Of a DNA stretch of 64,000 nt, positions 26,501-38,392 are shown one piece after another; positions within the stretch are counted from its first letter, which is position 1; every line of letters begins with the position of its first letter. The stretch comes from Phoronis australis (lineage: Eukaryota > Animalia > Phoronida), in the NCBI GenBank assembly GCA_002633005.1, contig NMRA01000322.1:310001-374000 (forward strand), read 5' to 3'. Under the pieces are notes generated by a model, which saw only the letters and a program-made list of their open reading frames with translations, was not told the DNA's origin and made no database searches. The translations under genes and the position numbers were made by a program.

Positions 26501-28235
26501 AGTTAACTGAAAAAATAATATACCAGAGAGTGGGGTAAATCATTTTCTTCGCCAAATCACCCTGAAAAGAAAAACATAAATCATAACGACTGCTTATATT
26601 CAAAATCAAACTGGCAATCACAAAACATAAACATATTCTAAAAGATATCTTTTCATCTAGTAACTTCATGAAACTACATAACCGTGTCAGTGTAAACGTA
26701 AGTCAAGTTATAAAACAAGAGTCAACAAACCTGGTGAGAAAACATAACGTCAAATCAGAACAATGCAATATAGAATTGATTCAGACTAGACACGTATGGG
26801 TCTGACTATTAGAGATATGTGATAAATATGGCTGCACTCGATTCACATAGCTAGTTCAAAAAAGAACTGGTCAAGTGACATTAAAGATAGAGACAACAGA
26901 CCAGGAAGTCTCAGAAATCATACAGAATGTCATTTCCAATTCTTAGTGTGTCTGCTGATTAATCACCCAGATAGCTAGCTCTATGGAAACCGATGTCAAC
27001 AAGGGATCGCTGTGTGCTAACTTGAAATTAAGCCCTCAAAATTTCCCACTGGCCATTTTTACACTGCGTACACCAGGGGATATGACGTCATACCACCTGC
27101 CATGCACTGAACAAGGGACTGCTTGAAGAAGAAGTTTGAGAACGGGAGTATTTCGTCAAGATGCTGTGGAAGGAATTAAATATGACATCGACGGCCTCCT
27201 AAGGAGTCCATCTACGTGCAAAAGGTATTTATAACAACGTGACTTTGAGGCTTTAGTCAGTGAGAGGCATTAAGCCTTGGTGCAAAGCTGTCATATATTT
27301 GTATGTATTTTGACGATAGTCTTCATACAGCTAGCTAGCTGGCTATGTGAGGCATAATTCGCCGAAAAGCTTTCGGCGTATGCTCGCTGGTTCCCTGCGT
27401 GCCGCTAGGTGGTCGGTAGCCAGCACGCAGGTATCACTTAATTTTCCACGGGACTTTTTTTACACCGGCATTTCTAATTGGCTAGTCAAATTCTCAACAG
27501 GCAGCGCTTTACGCAAACAAACTGGCATGACTGATGGACTGAAATGTAAATGAGGTCTGTTGCTACAGACAAATCGGTGCATGATGTTCAGGAAATGTGA
27601 ATCCTAGAAATTGTGGTTGCGCCTTTTCGGAATGCATCTTTCTACTGTCGATGACTTTTGTTTAGGCTACGATACTGTCCTGTATCCATACAGTATGAAT
27701 AACACATCGGTTAAATTGGCCACATTGTACATGTATGTGCTTCAAGCACATGCAGCTATTAAACATAACTGTAGAAATGAAATAGTTGCTGCAACGCGAC
27801 TTGCATGACAAGGCTAAAAATCGTTCACAGTCCGCCATTTTTTACGTTGTTGTAAATCTAACCATGCTGCTGAGGTTACATCAACCAATGCTAAAGCGCG
27901 TGACACTGCGTGATACTTGCATCCTGGCTAAGCACACAGGGAACAGCGAGCTGGCGTATGATGCTCCAATAGGAACTACACGGCCGTCTCTATAGTCAGC
28001 TAGAGACAGTAGTCACTACACTATGATCTTATCAGCTGTGATTTCATGACAAACAGCTGGTGACTTCGCACACATGTTGTTAACTCACTGAAGCGCCCAT
28101 TACGACAAAAACATGAACATCGGTAACGTCCTCATCACCCATCTCCACCAGATCATTTCGCAGCAGAGACAATGCTGCCGGGGAACTCTCAGATTCCGAG
28201 TTCTTCCTGGACTGTTTCATGCCAGTGGCGTCCAT
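14473..28235 (-). CDS. G6PD: Glucose-6-phosphate 1-dehydrogenase, complete gene model (11 coding exons, 1560 nt, 519 aa)
   Basis: Exons 28235-28089, 26561-26524, 26059-25951, 24220-24012, 23383-23222, 22086-21961, 21562-21469, 19624-19408, 16504-16302, 15943-15774 and 14557-14473 join in frame. Motifs [56 protein letters not shown]. Confidence 0.96.
15774..15943 (-). CDS. G6PD: G6PD coding exon 10
   Basis: [33 protein letters not shown]; AG acceptor and GTGAGT donor. Confidence 0.94.
16302..16504 (-). CDS. G6PD: G6PD coding exon 9
   Basis: [13 protein letters not shown]...[10 protein letters not shown]...ELDLTY; AG/GT boundaries. Confidence 0.94.
16549..18690 (+). mobile_element. Helentron/HINE-like non-autonomous element with internal degenerate array of about 146-bp units (near full length)
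   Basis: 5' ACCAGAGCAAC...ATGCGCCCAC (16574-16583); repeated units with CCACTAGG(G/T)GGC and AATTTCAT; 3' degenerate hairpin ATGCACCCACATA (18656-18668). Confidence 0.65.
19408..19624 (-). CDS. G6PD: G6PD coding exon 8
   Basis: VKVLR...LGQY...GYTDDPTVP...[14 protein letters not shown]; AG/GT boundaries. Confidence 0.94.
19850..20010. repeat. Minisatellite, 39-bp unit, about 4 copies
   Basis: CATGACCAAGTGTATCATTTCATGTGCCAAGCCTAGTCA variants. Confidence 0.88.
20441..20860 (+). mobile_element. 5' fragment of the HINE-like family
   Basis: CAAGAGCAACGCAGAGCATTGAAATGTGCCCATGAC aligns with 16551 onward for about 400 bp. Confidence 0.7.
21469..21562 (-). CDS. G6PD: G6PD coding exon 7
   Basis: [19 protein letters not shown]...IRDEK; AG/GT boundaries. 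Confidence 0.94.
21961..22086 (-). CDS. G6PD: G6PD coding exon 6
   Basis: [12 protein letters not shown]...[19 protein letters not shown]; AG/GT boundaries. Confidence 0.94.
22540..22905 (+). mobile_element. 3' fragment of the HINE-like family
   Basis: GTCACTAGGGGGCAG unit, GGACGCCGGAC, and ATGCGCCCACATA hairpin arm. Confidence 0.6.
23222..23383 (-). CDS. G6PD: G6PD coding exon 5 (active-site peptide)
   Basis: EKPFG and [13 protein letters not shown]; donor is AG|GCAAGT (GC-AG intron); an alternative in-frame acceptor at 23377 is possible. Confidence 0.92.
23447..23601. repeat. Minisatellite, 22-bp unit x7
   Basis: GCTACAATGGCCAACAAGGGGT variants, about 60 nt upstream of the G6PD exon 5 acceptor. 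Confidence 0.95.
24012..24220 (-). CDS. G6PD: G6PD coding exon 4
   Basis: [13 protein letters not shown] motif; CAG acceptor and GTAAGT donor. Confidence 0.94.
25951..26059 (-). CDS. G6PD: G6PD coding exon 3 (WLYRDGLLP...PFMK)
   Basis: AG/GT boundaries, VGYARS motif. Confidence 0.94.
26524..26561 (-). CDS. G6PD: G6PD coding exon 2 ([13 protein letters not shown], 38 nt)
   Basis: TTTTCAG acceptor, GT donor, completes the GASGDLA dinucleotide-binding motif. Confidence 0.93.
27050..27750. repeat. Composite interspersed repeat in G6PD intron 1
   Basis: 27050-27380 is similar to parts of 5720-5990 (in mixed orientation); 27383-27750 is the inverted copy of 9120-9531. Confidence 0.75.
28089..28235 (-). 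CDS. G6PD: G6PD coding exon 1 (MDATG...VFVVMGAS)
   Basis: ATG at 28235 with in-frame upstream TGA; GTGAGT donor; candidate acceptor TTGCAG at 28321 implies an upstream non-coding exon. Confidence 0.85.
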
Positions 28236-28990
28236 GTTTGTAGGTCTGCTTCAACCTACTTGTAAACTGGACCAGTGTTTATGTGTTGTGAAACTTGTTC
28301 GGATCCTTGACAAGTTCAGTCTGCAATGACAAAATAGGATTTATTAATTACAAGTGTCACTCAGTTACTTTCAAGCTACGCTTCCACTGAAGATCGGAGC
28401 TTTATTGCCAACTGTCGAACTACATACCTCGATTTCCTGGCCCGGATGACTTGCGGTTCTGCTAAGTTTACCGAGGAAAAAGTCAACAGGGATGTTTCAC
28501 ACTGGCAGACAGAGGTTTCATAGGCAACAGCGATCCTAGTGGTTGGATGTGGGATTACAGTTTCGCTGTGGTGAACTTTAGTGGAATCCCTCATGCTTAA
28601 TCTCAAGATCGTGTATGCATGAACTTGGCTTGAATATTCATGTGGACAATCAGTAGCTGGTCATCACCATAGTAATTCCTTATTAGTTTCAAAAATAAGG
28701 AATTACTGTACATTAAAGAGTCACTGGCCACTGCTACTGATTCTCTGAACAGCATGCAGAGCTCAGTGACCCTGCAACTAAGGTGATGACCACCTACTGA
28801 CTACTCTGTATCTCTCACTTCACTTCATGGATGTCACCTGAGATGTATGTTGGCACTTGTTGTCCTGTGTAAATATCTTGATGATGTCTAACGAATAGAC
28901 GAAACATTGATTTATCGTGAACTTCTTTATTTGTGCGGCGATTGTCCGGTTTTTAATCTTACTGTGGCCAAGAACTGATTTAATTACATA

Positions 28991-29700
28991 GGCGGATTTA
29001 GGGGGGCCCAGGGGGCCCCCCCCCCCCCNNNNNNNNNNNNNNNNNNNNNNNNNNNNNNNNNNNNNNNNNNNNNNNNNNNNNNNNNNNNNNNNNNNNNNNN
29101 NNNNNNNNNNNNNNNNNNNNNNTGGTAAGATGTGAATTTTAATCGAAGCCATAGTGAATCACTCAGAAACTCGCAATACTCTCTTTGTCAAACCTTATCT
29201 TAAGACGGTTTCCAAAGCAATCCCGTCATTATTGCCAACATGAAAAATGGATTTGGTCTTTTGGGCATTTGAAGACTATTTCAAATACGACAAATTTGTT
29301 AAGAATTGATGGCACAAAATATAAAACGTGTAATAAGCATTACAAAAAGAAGTAGGTTTCGCGCGCAAACGCTGTGGCCCATAAACAAGTAAGTCTTTTA
29401 GTATGAGAGTTGTAGCTAAATCGTGGTGGTGTAGTGGTAACGTACGCGCGCCCTATCTGCCAGTTCGAGTTCGAGTCTTTGAGATGTGCATTATTTTCCT
29501 GTTTGACAGGTTCACCGTGTTTTTTTTTTGCCTTTTGTTCTTGGATAATACTTCAGGAATCAAGGAAAATGCAAACCCCCCTCCCGACCTCCCCCCATTG
29601 GGTACTATGCGCATCTACAATCGTGGGTCAGTTTGCGCAAATGCTTCCAGCCGGACAAAATGTTGGGCCCCCCCCTTGTGATATCCTAGATCCGCCACTG
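28991..29700. mobile_element. G/C-tract MITE ends (GGCGGATTTAGGG...TAGATCCGCCACTG) around an assembly gap
   Basis: Inverted termini and poly-C next to N run 29029-29121; same termini at 33970-34117. Confidence 0.5.
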
Positions 29701-31074
29701 AATTAACTACTAACAGGATTTTGAGAACAGTGCGTGAAGCATAAAGTTTCATATGAATCCAACCAGTCATTTCTGAGATGTTGCCGAAGTAAGCTAAAAC
29801 TGGACATTTTTCTAGGATCCCAGATAACTTTTAAATGCTTAAAATCACTGATCCATCACCTTCTTCACACGCACCATTAATCCTTCCTTTTTAGCACTGC
29901 ATATCACAATGGTGAATTCGACTCTCTCCCAAAAACAAGATAATAGTTCGAGTTCCGCAGACATGAGTGTGACATATGGACGTAACCAGCGCTAATGTGT
30001 CGTGTCCATCAACAAGCGAGTTTCTTGTACAAATCTTACCGGTATATGTCATTTCCGTACTTCTCCAATGTCCTGCGAGAAAGTGAAGAGCCACAGCGTG
30101 GTCAAATTCTAAATTACCACAAGCCCAAAGCCTCGCCATTCCTTATTGTAAACCATGGGTAAACAAGTAGAACTATCTGATGACTTTTCACAGTAAACAA
30201 CGGAGGATGACATCTACGTTTACTGCCACTGTTCTATTCTATATTCAGGGCCGTAGGAAGCCGGGGTTAAACCGTGGCAACCGACATAGGCGTGCATGGT
30301 GCCGGGGACAGTCGAGAAAAGAAAGACTGCGAATTACGGATAAGAGAGAAAATTCAAGAGAACATTTAACAAATCTGCATCAGTGCATTTACCTTTTGAG
30401 GACCCTGGCCAGGACACTGTTGCTATGGTCTTCGGCTTTTGTAGCACAGGTCGTCTAAACGCACACATGTATTTCGAAAAATCGAGAAAATTTGTAAAGC
30501 GAAGTTTTAGCGGAGCGTACTAATTTACTATATGTTTAAATTCAATATTAATTTTGCGAATGCAAAACTACATTTGTCTAGAGGCCCCGCTCTGGCAAGG
30601 GATAACAGAGATAACTTTCTCTTTATTTTTTTTCTCGAAACTGTAAATCACCTGAGAAAAATGGAGGACCTTACAGATAACATTAATTGCTGCGCATTTC
30701 CTGATATTTGAAAATATAAGTATTTTCATATTTAGTGGCCCCGCCCTTGAAGGAGGTCATTTATGACATTCAAGTGGTCACCTTTTTGTGTTTTTATTGA
30801 CAAATTCTTACGGGGCCGCTCACGGAGAGAGGGCCCAATGTTGCAATCGATTACCTCAATTTTCCTGTTTTTTGTGAAATCGTACTTTCATTTTGAAGGA
30901 GGTCACTCCCTGCATCGTTTTGGGACCACACGGCGGTGGAATGAACTGTCACTTTTTCCCCCAGCTTAGTGATGTTTAGTCTTTCAATTTAAGGTGTCCC
31001 ATTGCAGACGGTGCCCTCTCTCGGTGGAGTAGTTCGGGGCAAATTTCCCTTTGTCCCTCTATATACATGTATAT

Positions 31075-31172
31075 CTGAGCGTGCAGGACAAGTGTACACA
31101 GGGACTATATCTGCACGTGCACGACAGGTGCACACAGGCACTATGTCTGCGCGTGCACGACAGGTGTACACA
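31075..31172. repeat. 36-bp tandem repeat, about 3 copies
   Basis: GTGCACGACAGGTGTACACAGG.ACTAT.TCTGC.C variants. Confidence 0.8.
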
Positions 31173-32349
31173 ATCAATTACGGTTGATAAAACTTATTAC
31201 AGATGATTCTTTAAAATAGATTAATTTCGACTATTTCTAAGAATGTTATCACATGTTGTAAGATGTTGATAAGAGTTAATATTAACGAATGGTGTAATAT
31301 AAGATCTAAGTTTTTTCATCAGCCCTAGTAATTTATACGAATTCTTTTCACTAACCAAAAACGATCCTAATCAGACCGATATATGTGAGCGATGATCAGT
31401 CTCATCAGAATTCATATCAACCAAAATGGACGAGCAAGATTATTACACAAGCATTACTTATTCTAAGTTTAGAAAATATGATTAAGACAATGAAGAAGGC
31501 GAACAGTACACAGTGTCTATTTTGTTACGTACAAGTTCATTAAGAATGACGGTAAATATAAAGGGCAAAACTAAACCTTTGAACTAGCAAAGGAGCAATG
31601 TATAATGCATACACAAGTATGCAACAGTCAGGGCACGGGCTTCTGTGTACAAGATCCTGAGGGGCATACTTGTAGCTAGGATGGAGGGAAATTTGTCTTG
31701 TGCGATCCCTCTCCGGAGGGAGAGGCGACACAACAATTCGTGATGATCGACACTAAACATTTTAGCATCAGAAATACTACATAGATTCGTTCAAGTAAGT
31801 CAGGCAAGCGCATTTTAATTAATAATCCACTGGTGCCACCTGCCGCCCTGAAGTGTTGTACCCGGTTCCAGTTCAATCCCGTCCTGCAGCCATTCTATTA
31901 CTGCTTATGAATTTCTGTAATTACATCACGTTTCGTCTCTTACAGTTGCTAAACGTAAATTGAAACATTCTAGAAACCATGTGTAGTTAGTCGTTGTAAC
32001 AAGAGGGGGGTTACATATATCAAACATGACAAATATCAGTGGCGTTGGCGCATCGAATTTTTGAATTAAATGCTGAATGACGTCAATATGAACATGTACG
32101 TGTCTTAACACGCTACGCAATATTGCCACAAGTCAAACTTTAATAATTCTGCTAAAACTAATGATTGCCTAAAGGTATTCCAACAAACACAATATATTCA
32201 TTGACTGGCCTTGGTGCACTACAAGCTTCGAAGTGTAAGACATATCAAATCCAAATTTAAAAAAATATTCTATAAAGAGTTCGTCTAACCCACTTGTTAG
32301 ACGAAGGACAGGCTCTATTTCCTATTTTTTGTAATACTAATTGTCGTAG

Positions 32350-32575
32350 CTCGCTACATAAATATAGACGATCTAAATCTGTGGCCATGACCATAGTACT
32401 CTACATATATAGACACTCTAAATCTATGGTCATGACCATCCGATGAATACAGAATAACGGTATATAGGTAGACACTCTATTTCCATGGTCATGGCCATAA
32501 ATATAGAATAGCGTGCTACACATATAGACATTCTAAATCCATGGCCATAACCATAACATAGAATAGCGCACTAAC
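32350..32575. repeat. Degenerate tandem repeat
   Basis: TAGACACTCTAAATCTATGGTCATGACCAT-like unit, about 4 copies. Confidence 0.7.
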
Positions 32576-33969
32576 CCCTGTATGTAAATCCGACACTGCC
32601 AAGTTTTTTCGAGGGAAGTTGAAATTCCAATTTCATCAAAAAACACAAAACATTCGTGCACAGCACAGCCACTCGAGCCAACCAAAAATTTGAAAAAATA
32701 CAGTAGGATTGCCGCCATCGAAAAGGTGGAAGTTTGAAGAACGTGAAGACCACTACTTGTGAATTACACAAAAGGACAATTTCCGATGGTTAGTTGTAAA
32801 ATAATGTTACTGTTTCTCGTAGTATCACAAGAATAGTATCTCTTTTGAAGATGGTTACTATGAGTTGTTTGTAAGGAATTCCCATTTGTGGAAAATACTG
32901 CTGTCCAGGCTACCGTGACTATTTGTGATGATCGTGTACATGTCGAAAGGGATACTCAAAGAACTCTCGCAATCGTAAACAGATTTCAACGCTATTTTGT
33001 CAGCGGAGTTCAAGTTTACATCGTGAACAGTTATAGGTACCTCTGAAAATACACCTTATTACGAATACCCCATCTCCCATATTCCCCCGGTTACCCGTCA
33101 AAAGTCTGCGAGCATGCATGCGGAAATTGCGCATAACATTCCTGTTTGATAAACATATTCGTTGGTTTGTGATGTGCCTACACATATCGATAGATTCATA
33201 GATGATTTTTGACAATTAGAAGCTAATATTGTTAGAATTGGTGATAATTCAGTGAATTTAATTGCTGCCTGAAGTTGTAAAAACTCTATAATCCGATCCC
33301 CAAATAGTAAAGTGCACTAGACGATTTTGCATTTCTAAAATAACTCTCAAAGACATTGATGAAAGTCGTACACACAAACTGTAAATAGAAAAAACGTTTA
33401 AAAATCCTCAAATAAATAAAATTAAACTCATTTCTTGGAAAGGTTGTCTTCGCAGTTCCTTGGTGTTTTTATATTCTAGTAGTATTGAGTAATGAATTTT
33501 TGTTCTTCAAAACTGAATTGATCGGGTTTTTCCTCAGCCACCAGAAACTGAACTACCGGTCGTGTTTCAACTAGGGATTTTGAAACAGTCCCAAAGACAC
33601 TACACCAGGGACTTCGGGGCACCACCTTTTCAAAAAAAAAAAACTCTTTCAAAGAATGACCACATTTAAATAAAGTTTTCCCGAAACTGGATCACAACAA
33701 AACGAATCTTGACCTTAGAACGAGAACAGACGGCCGCTACGAACTAAGCTGCCTGTCTCAAGTGAATCATAGTTGAGCTGACCAGCAACTAGCTTTAGTT
33801 CAACGGGAATTTCGTATTTTCACAGTTAGATCTCAGCTATATAGCTACTTGAGGCAGCTCCTCGCTATATAGGTCAGTGTACTGGTCCTTGGCCCATTCT
33901 TACTCTTCGTGTAGGTTCACGGTTACTCAACTCAGTCTTAATGGCTGGATCCCCGGGATTGCCGTCCCA

Positions 33970-34117
33970 CAGGCGGATCCAGGATTTTAAGTTGGGGGTA
34001 GGGGGCAGGGCAGAGTATTAGCAACGGTTTTACCAGTCAGAAATTGGCACCTCCAAACTGACAAATGGAATCTGGGAGAATTTTCGGAGGGTCATGGCCC
34101 CCTAAATCCGCCACTGT
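33970..34117. mobile_element. Short G/C-tract MITE
   Basis: GGCGGATCCAGG...CCTAAATCCGCCACTG inverted termini. Confidence 0.55.
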
Positions 34118-37100
34118 GCCTACCCACGTGGGAGATTCGGTACAAATATGGTGGCATCGGGAGGACGGGGGCGAGGTAGCAGAGGTGGTGGCGATGGGGG
34201 AGTTATTTGGCGACGTCGAAATGCTTTGTNNCCCCCCCCCCCCCTCTCCCCAATACCTTTTGCTTTCCTACGGGCCTGAAAGAGTGTTTGTCGGTCAGGG
34301 TGTTGAATGCAGAACCAAATGAGATGCATGCCTTCTGGTGGGCAGTTTTTCACGACCTTCTAATGTTCTACGGAGATATACGCCAGGAAACATTAATTTA
34401 CATGAAAAATACATCTCCAAGAAAACCAGGGATATTTATTTTGACCAAAAACAACGCCAAAAAGGATACTTTCCCATTTAAAACGCCATGGCTGAATGAT
34501 GGTGTTGTGGATGGCAAACTAATTTAAAAACGAGTCCCAACACGGTATACGTTTCGGAAAGAGCCCCCATCCCTTTACACACATCATGCAAAAACCAAAA
34601 CAAAACAAGACAACATAACAGAAATACATGTATTCAATACTATGGGTTCTGTGTTAGAATACAATAGCCATCTCTGAAAAGACTACACATTTCATCAACA
34701 ACATATATTGACAGCATCACTGAAAATGGAAGTTGACCTCCAATTCTCCTTGAAAGGACTAGTAACTAATAAAATCATAATAACCTAAGAATTATCTGCA
34801 TCTAGTTCGCAACATTGACAAAGAGTGCAAAGTTAGCATTTGGACAGTAAAAGATTTACTTTCTTAGGTTTCAGAGCCTGGCACCCGCTGTGCTCCCACA
34901 AAAACAGGCACATATGACTGCTGCAACAAGAAAAAATGAGCAAATATGACTTTGCAATATGTAGCAGCAGACATACATGTTTGTGCAACCTGTAGGCAAC
35001 CAAGGCATATGACTGCAACCTATAGAAACAGACATATGGCTATACAGTGTGTAGTAACAGGCTAATGATTGTGCACCATGTAGAAATCCTGATAAAGACA
35101 GGACAAAATAATAGACCATTCTTAAAATTTATGCATGGTTGACATTCCAATGGCAAAACGAGGCTTGAACAGCATAACATGGATCTTAGTACAGCCACTT
35201 GAGTCCAGTTCATGTACAGCATGTAACTGGTCTCAATTCAAAGGAACTCTTGGTACATTCGTGTATCTATGGTCCGAACAGGCTAACAGACAAATGAGTG
35301 AGACTGGCTCCGAGACCAGAAAGTCCCGCAACACATTGCATAAAACTAGAACTCCTCTCCACGAATTACAACAAATACCACTTTACACCGACACTAGCAA
35401 CCAGTAAATCACCTTGGCCCTTAACAACATGGTAACTGTTTGTGGTATCTTCTGGGAGATAATGACCACTGTCCAATTCAATCTGCTCGTAACAATATAT
35501 TAAAAACTTAGAATGATGAGAAACTTACTACGAAATCAACTGTGTGCAACCATGAGGAAGAGGAATAGTCAATAGAAGAATTGCCAAAAAAGAAATTGGC
35601 CACTCACATTATCACTCCAAAAACTTGGTAGCAGAAAAATGAACGACACCAATTTTGTTAGCACCCGTAACCAATTTCAACTGATAATGAATGACATTAA
35701 GTTTGCGTCACGATTTATGTCACCAGATTTTTTACCCACAACATTACAAAGCTGTATGTGGCAGGGCTATTCCAGCAGCCAGGTCCAAGTATATGCGGTG
35801 TACAGCTGACGGGATATTTGGATTTGCTTGCACCCACTAAATTTGTCACTCGACAACGAAAACTGTGAAGAATGTAAGATCAAGATCTTGAAATAACAGT
35901 AATAATCTTGATCATTGCTGAATCCCAGCAGTGAATTTAAGGGAAGTCTCCCCTCCTTTACTGCGAGAAGAATTCTTATCATTTTAGATATAACAAAATC
36001 ACCAAACGCATGGCTATCTATAACTACAATACTTGTTTTGAGCTAGCGATTGACCTATCGCAAGCTCCCCCCTTGCGTAATGTCGACAAACAAACAATAA
36101 GTTTTACCTGGCAACGCCTTGTTTGTCGGGTAAAATGGCGGCTTGGAAATGAAGGTGTGTCTAGAATGCTGCGTTCTGATTGGTCAGTTAAGCAGTCACT
36201 CAATATTCTTCATATAAGTCAAATGGAATGTAAACGACAACTCGTGCTGTTCAAGCCTCGTTTGAGAAAAAGATTACCGTTCATGAGCTCTACATTAAGG
36301 ATGGCCTATCTACATCAAAAATATACATTTATAAGCAAAAATACTGTTGAAACACGTGTAAGTAGTCAACTGTAGCCTAAGTCACGAACTCCTAGGAAAC
36401 GACTGAGACATAAAATTGTTTGAAAAATTTTAGAATAAAGAAGGCACATGGTTGGCTAAAAACCAACTGCTACTACAAGAAAGCACAAATCGGTATTAAT
36501 ATAATGATGAAAAGCTTGCAATACCACCATTAATAGTCTGATGGTTAATTGAAAAAATGGACAGTATCAATAGCTACTTAAAGTTGCTGTATCCGAGTTC
36601 GGCAAATAAGACTTACAATTCATATTAAATTTTTGTATGTGAAACACCAACATGATTCATGATTTTTAATCAGGCAACAAAACTCACCAAATAGGCATGT
36701 CATTGCATTTACTAACAATTGCTGAAAAATTTTGATTGGTTTTCTAAACAATAATCAAATGTCAATCACATGTCGATGACTTTAACATGTTTGTGGAAAA
36801 AATTAAAACTGGAAACTTGTGAATTGTGACTAGTTTCAATTCCGGACCAATTAAAATGGGTAAAAAGTGGGATTCAGCAACTTTTAAAAGCCAGTCCCAT
36901 TAATTCACCCTACGTTACATTTGGTTGTGACCATCATCAAAGAACAGTTACCGTGACAATATTCCCAGATTCATAAACTCAATGCTACCATTGAAACAAG
37001 GATATCCGTGAATAAATCGACTAACACTAGCACACAGAAACTGCATCACAAATTTCACAAAATATACATATTATGACAAAACTAATATCATCATTACGGT

Positions 37101-38370
37101 GAAAATTCTCCAGTTTGGGACAGTGAAAATTAATTATTTCGATCAAGGTGAGCGTGTACCAAATTCTTTAAATAGGCTTTATTGGCCAACCCAAATGCTA
37201 AAAATTAAGATCTTCAATAAAAACAATCATTGATATAACACGTTATAAGAGGTATGAATTTGTTACATCGGCGGATTCTAACCAATTTAAGAACTGACAA
37301 GTCTATTACCAAACTCTTCACACAAAATGCAGTGTCCGATAATTAAGAAATTTGATCAGCGCCAAAATTACTCATGTTCCAATCTTCAGAATGAAGAAAA
37401 TTTAATTATGGCTCAAACGTTAGTGTACCAAATTTGTGAGACTGTCCCAGACTAGAGCTTCAATGCTTAACATACGCAAAAACATTGTGAGCATCTAAAT
37501 TCAAACTTTAACAATAGTCCCCTACAGTGGTCCCCCATTTCAAACCAGTTATTCAGTATAGGAAGCTGGTTTTCAAAATGCGGGACCCCTAAAAGTGACT
37601 ATTAGTGCGAAAACAGTCGTGACGTAATTCAAACAAAAAATCTATATTACGGCAGATTTCCACTCACAACAAAACTACCACCACGTAGCAAAGTTATTTT
37701 CATACCAAACAAAAACAAATAAACCTTTAGAGGAATGCAAGAACCATTGGGTACGAACGGAAGATACCTTAGATTTTTGGCAGACTAGAAAATCATAAAC
37801 ATATGGTGATTTGTCACAAAAATAACAGTCTGAAAGTACTGTAGTCATTATCATTATTATTACAAATACTTCAACAATCATTACACAAGACAGCAACATA
37901 CATGGTCTACAGTCCTTTGAAAAGCTTAGTAAATAAAGCAGATTTTGTGCTCTGACAATTAAAACTTACAACAATTTGCTAGAAGACAGCCAAACTATAT
38001 TTAAGACAATATTACAAGCATTTACTGTCCCAACAAAAATCAGTGAAACAAAATTTCAATATTTCGACTAAACCAAACGGATATGAAAGGCAAGACTCGA
38101 TAATAGACAAATAACTTTCTTAGATTTAGAACTAATGAATAAAGAGCAGACAGCAGTTGGGTCAAACTCGAGCAGATGACTAGATTTACTTAGATTTACT
38201 GTAGGAAGACAGCTTGTTCATTTTTTTGTCATTGAAAACTGCAGACTCTTATATTGATCACCTTTATGTTACAAAATGGTGTACAAGAGCAGCGCATGTT
38301 GGGACAAAGCTTGAGGCAGGAATGGGCGATCTTTACATCATTCTGTCTGGATGGATGAATGTAGAGGTGA

Positions 38371-38392
38371 CTAATATAGGCGCTTCTCAAAG
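38371..38392 (-). CDS. IMPDH: IMPDH terminal coding exon (FEKRLY*)
   Basis: TTTTTCAG acceptor; matches the conserved (Y/F)EKRL(Y/F) C-terminus; TAG stop. Confidence 0.92.

Noticed and set aside
29029-29121. ORFs spanning N runs (also 42500-42676)
   Set aside because: Assembly gaps next to homopolymer tracts; the ORFs are artefacts.
38229-38392. Open alternative frame of about 54 codons over the IMPDH last exon, as in retinal IMPDH1
   Set aside because: It needs a frameshifting exon, but the candidate microexon is 18 or 6 nt and preserves frame.
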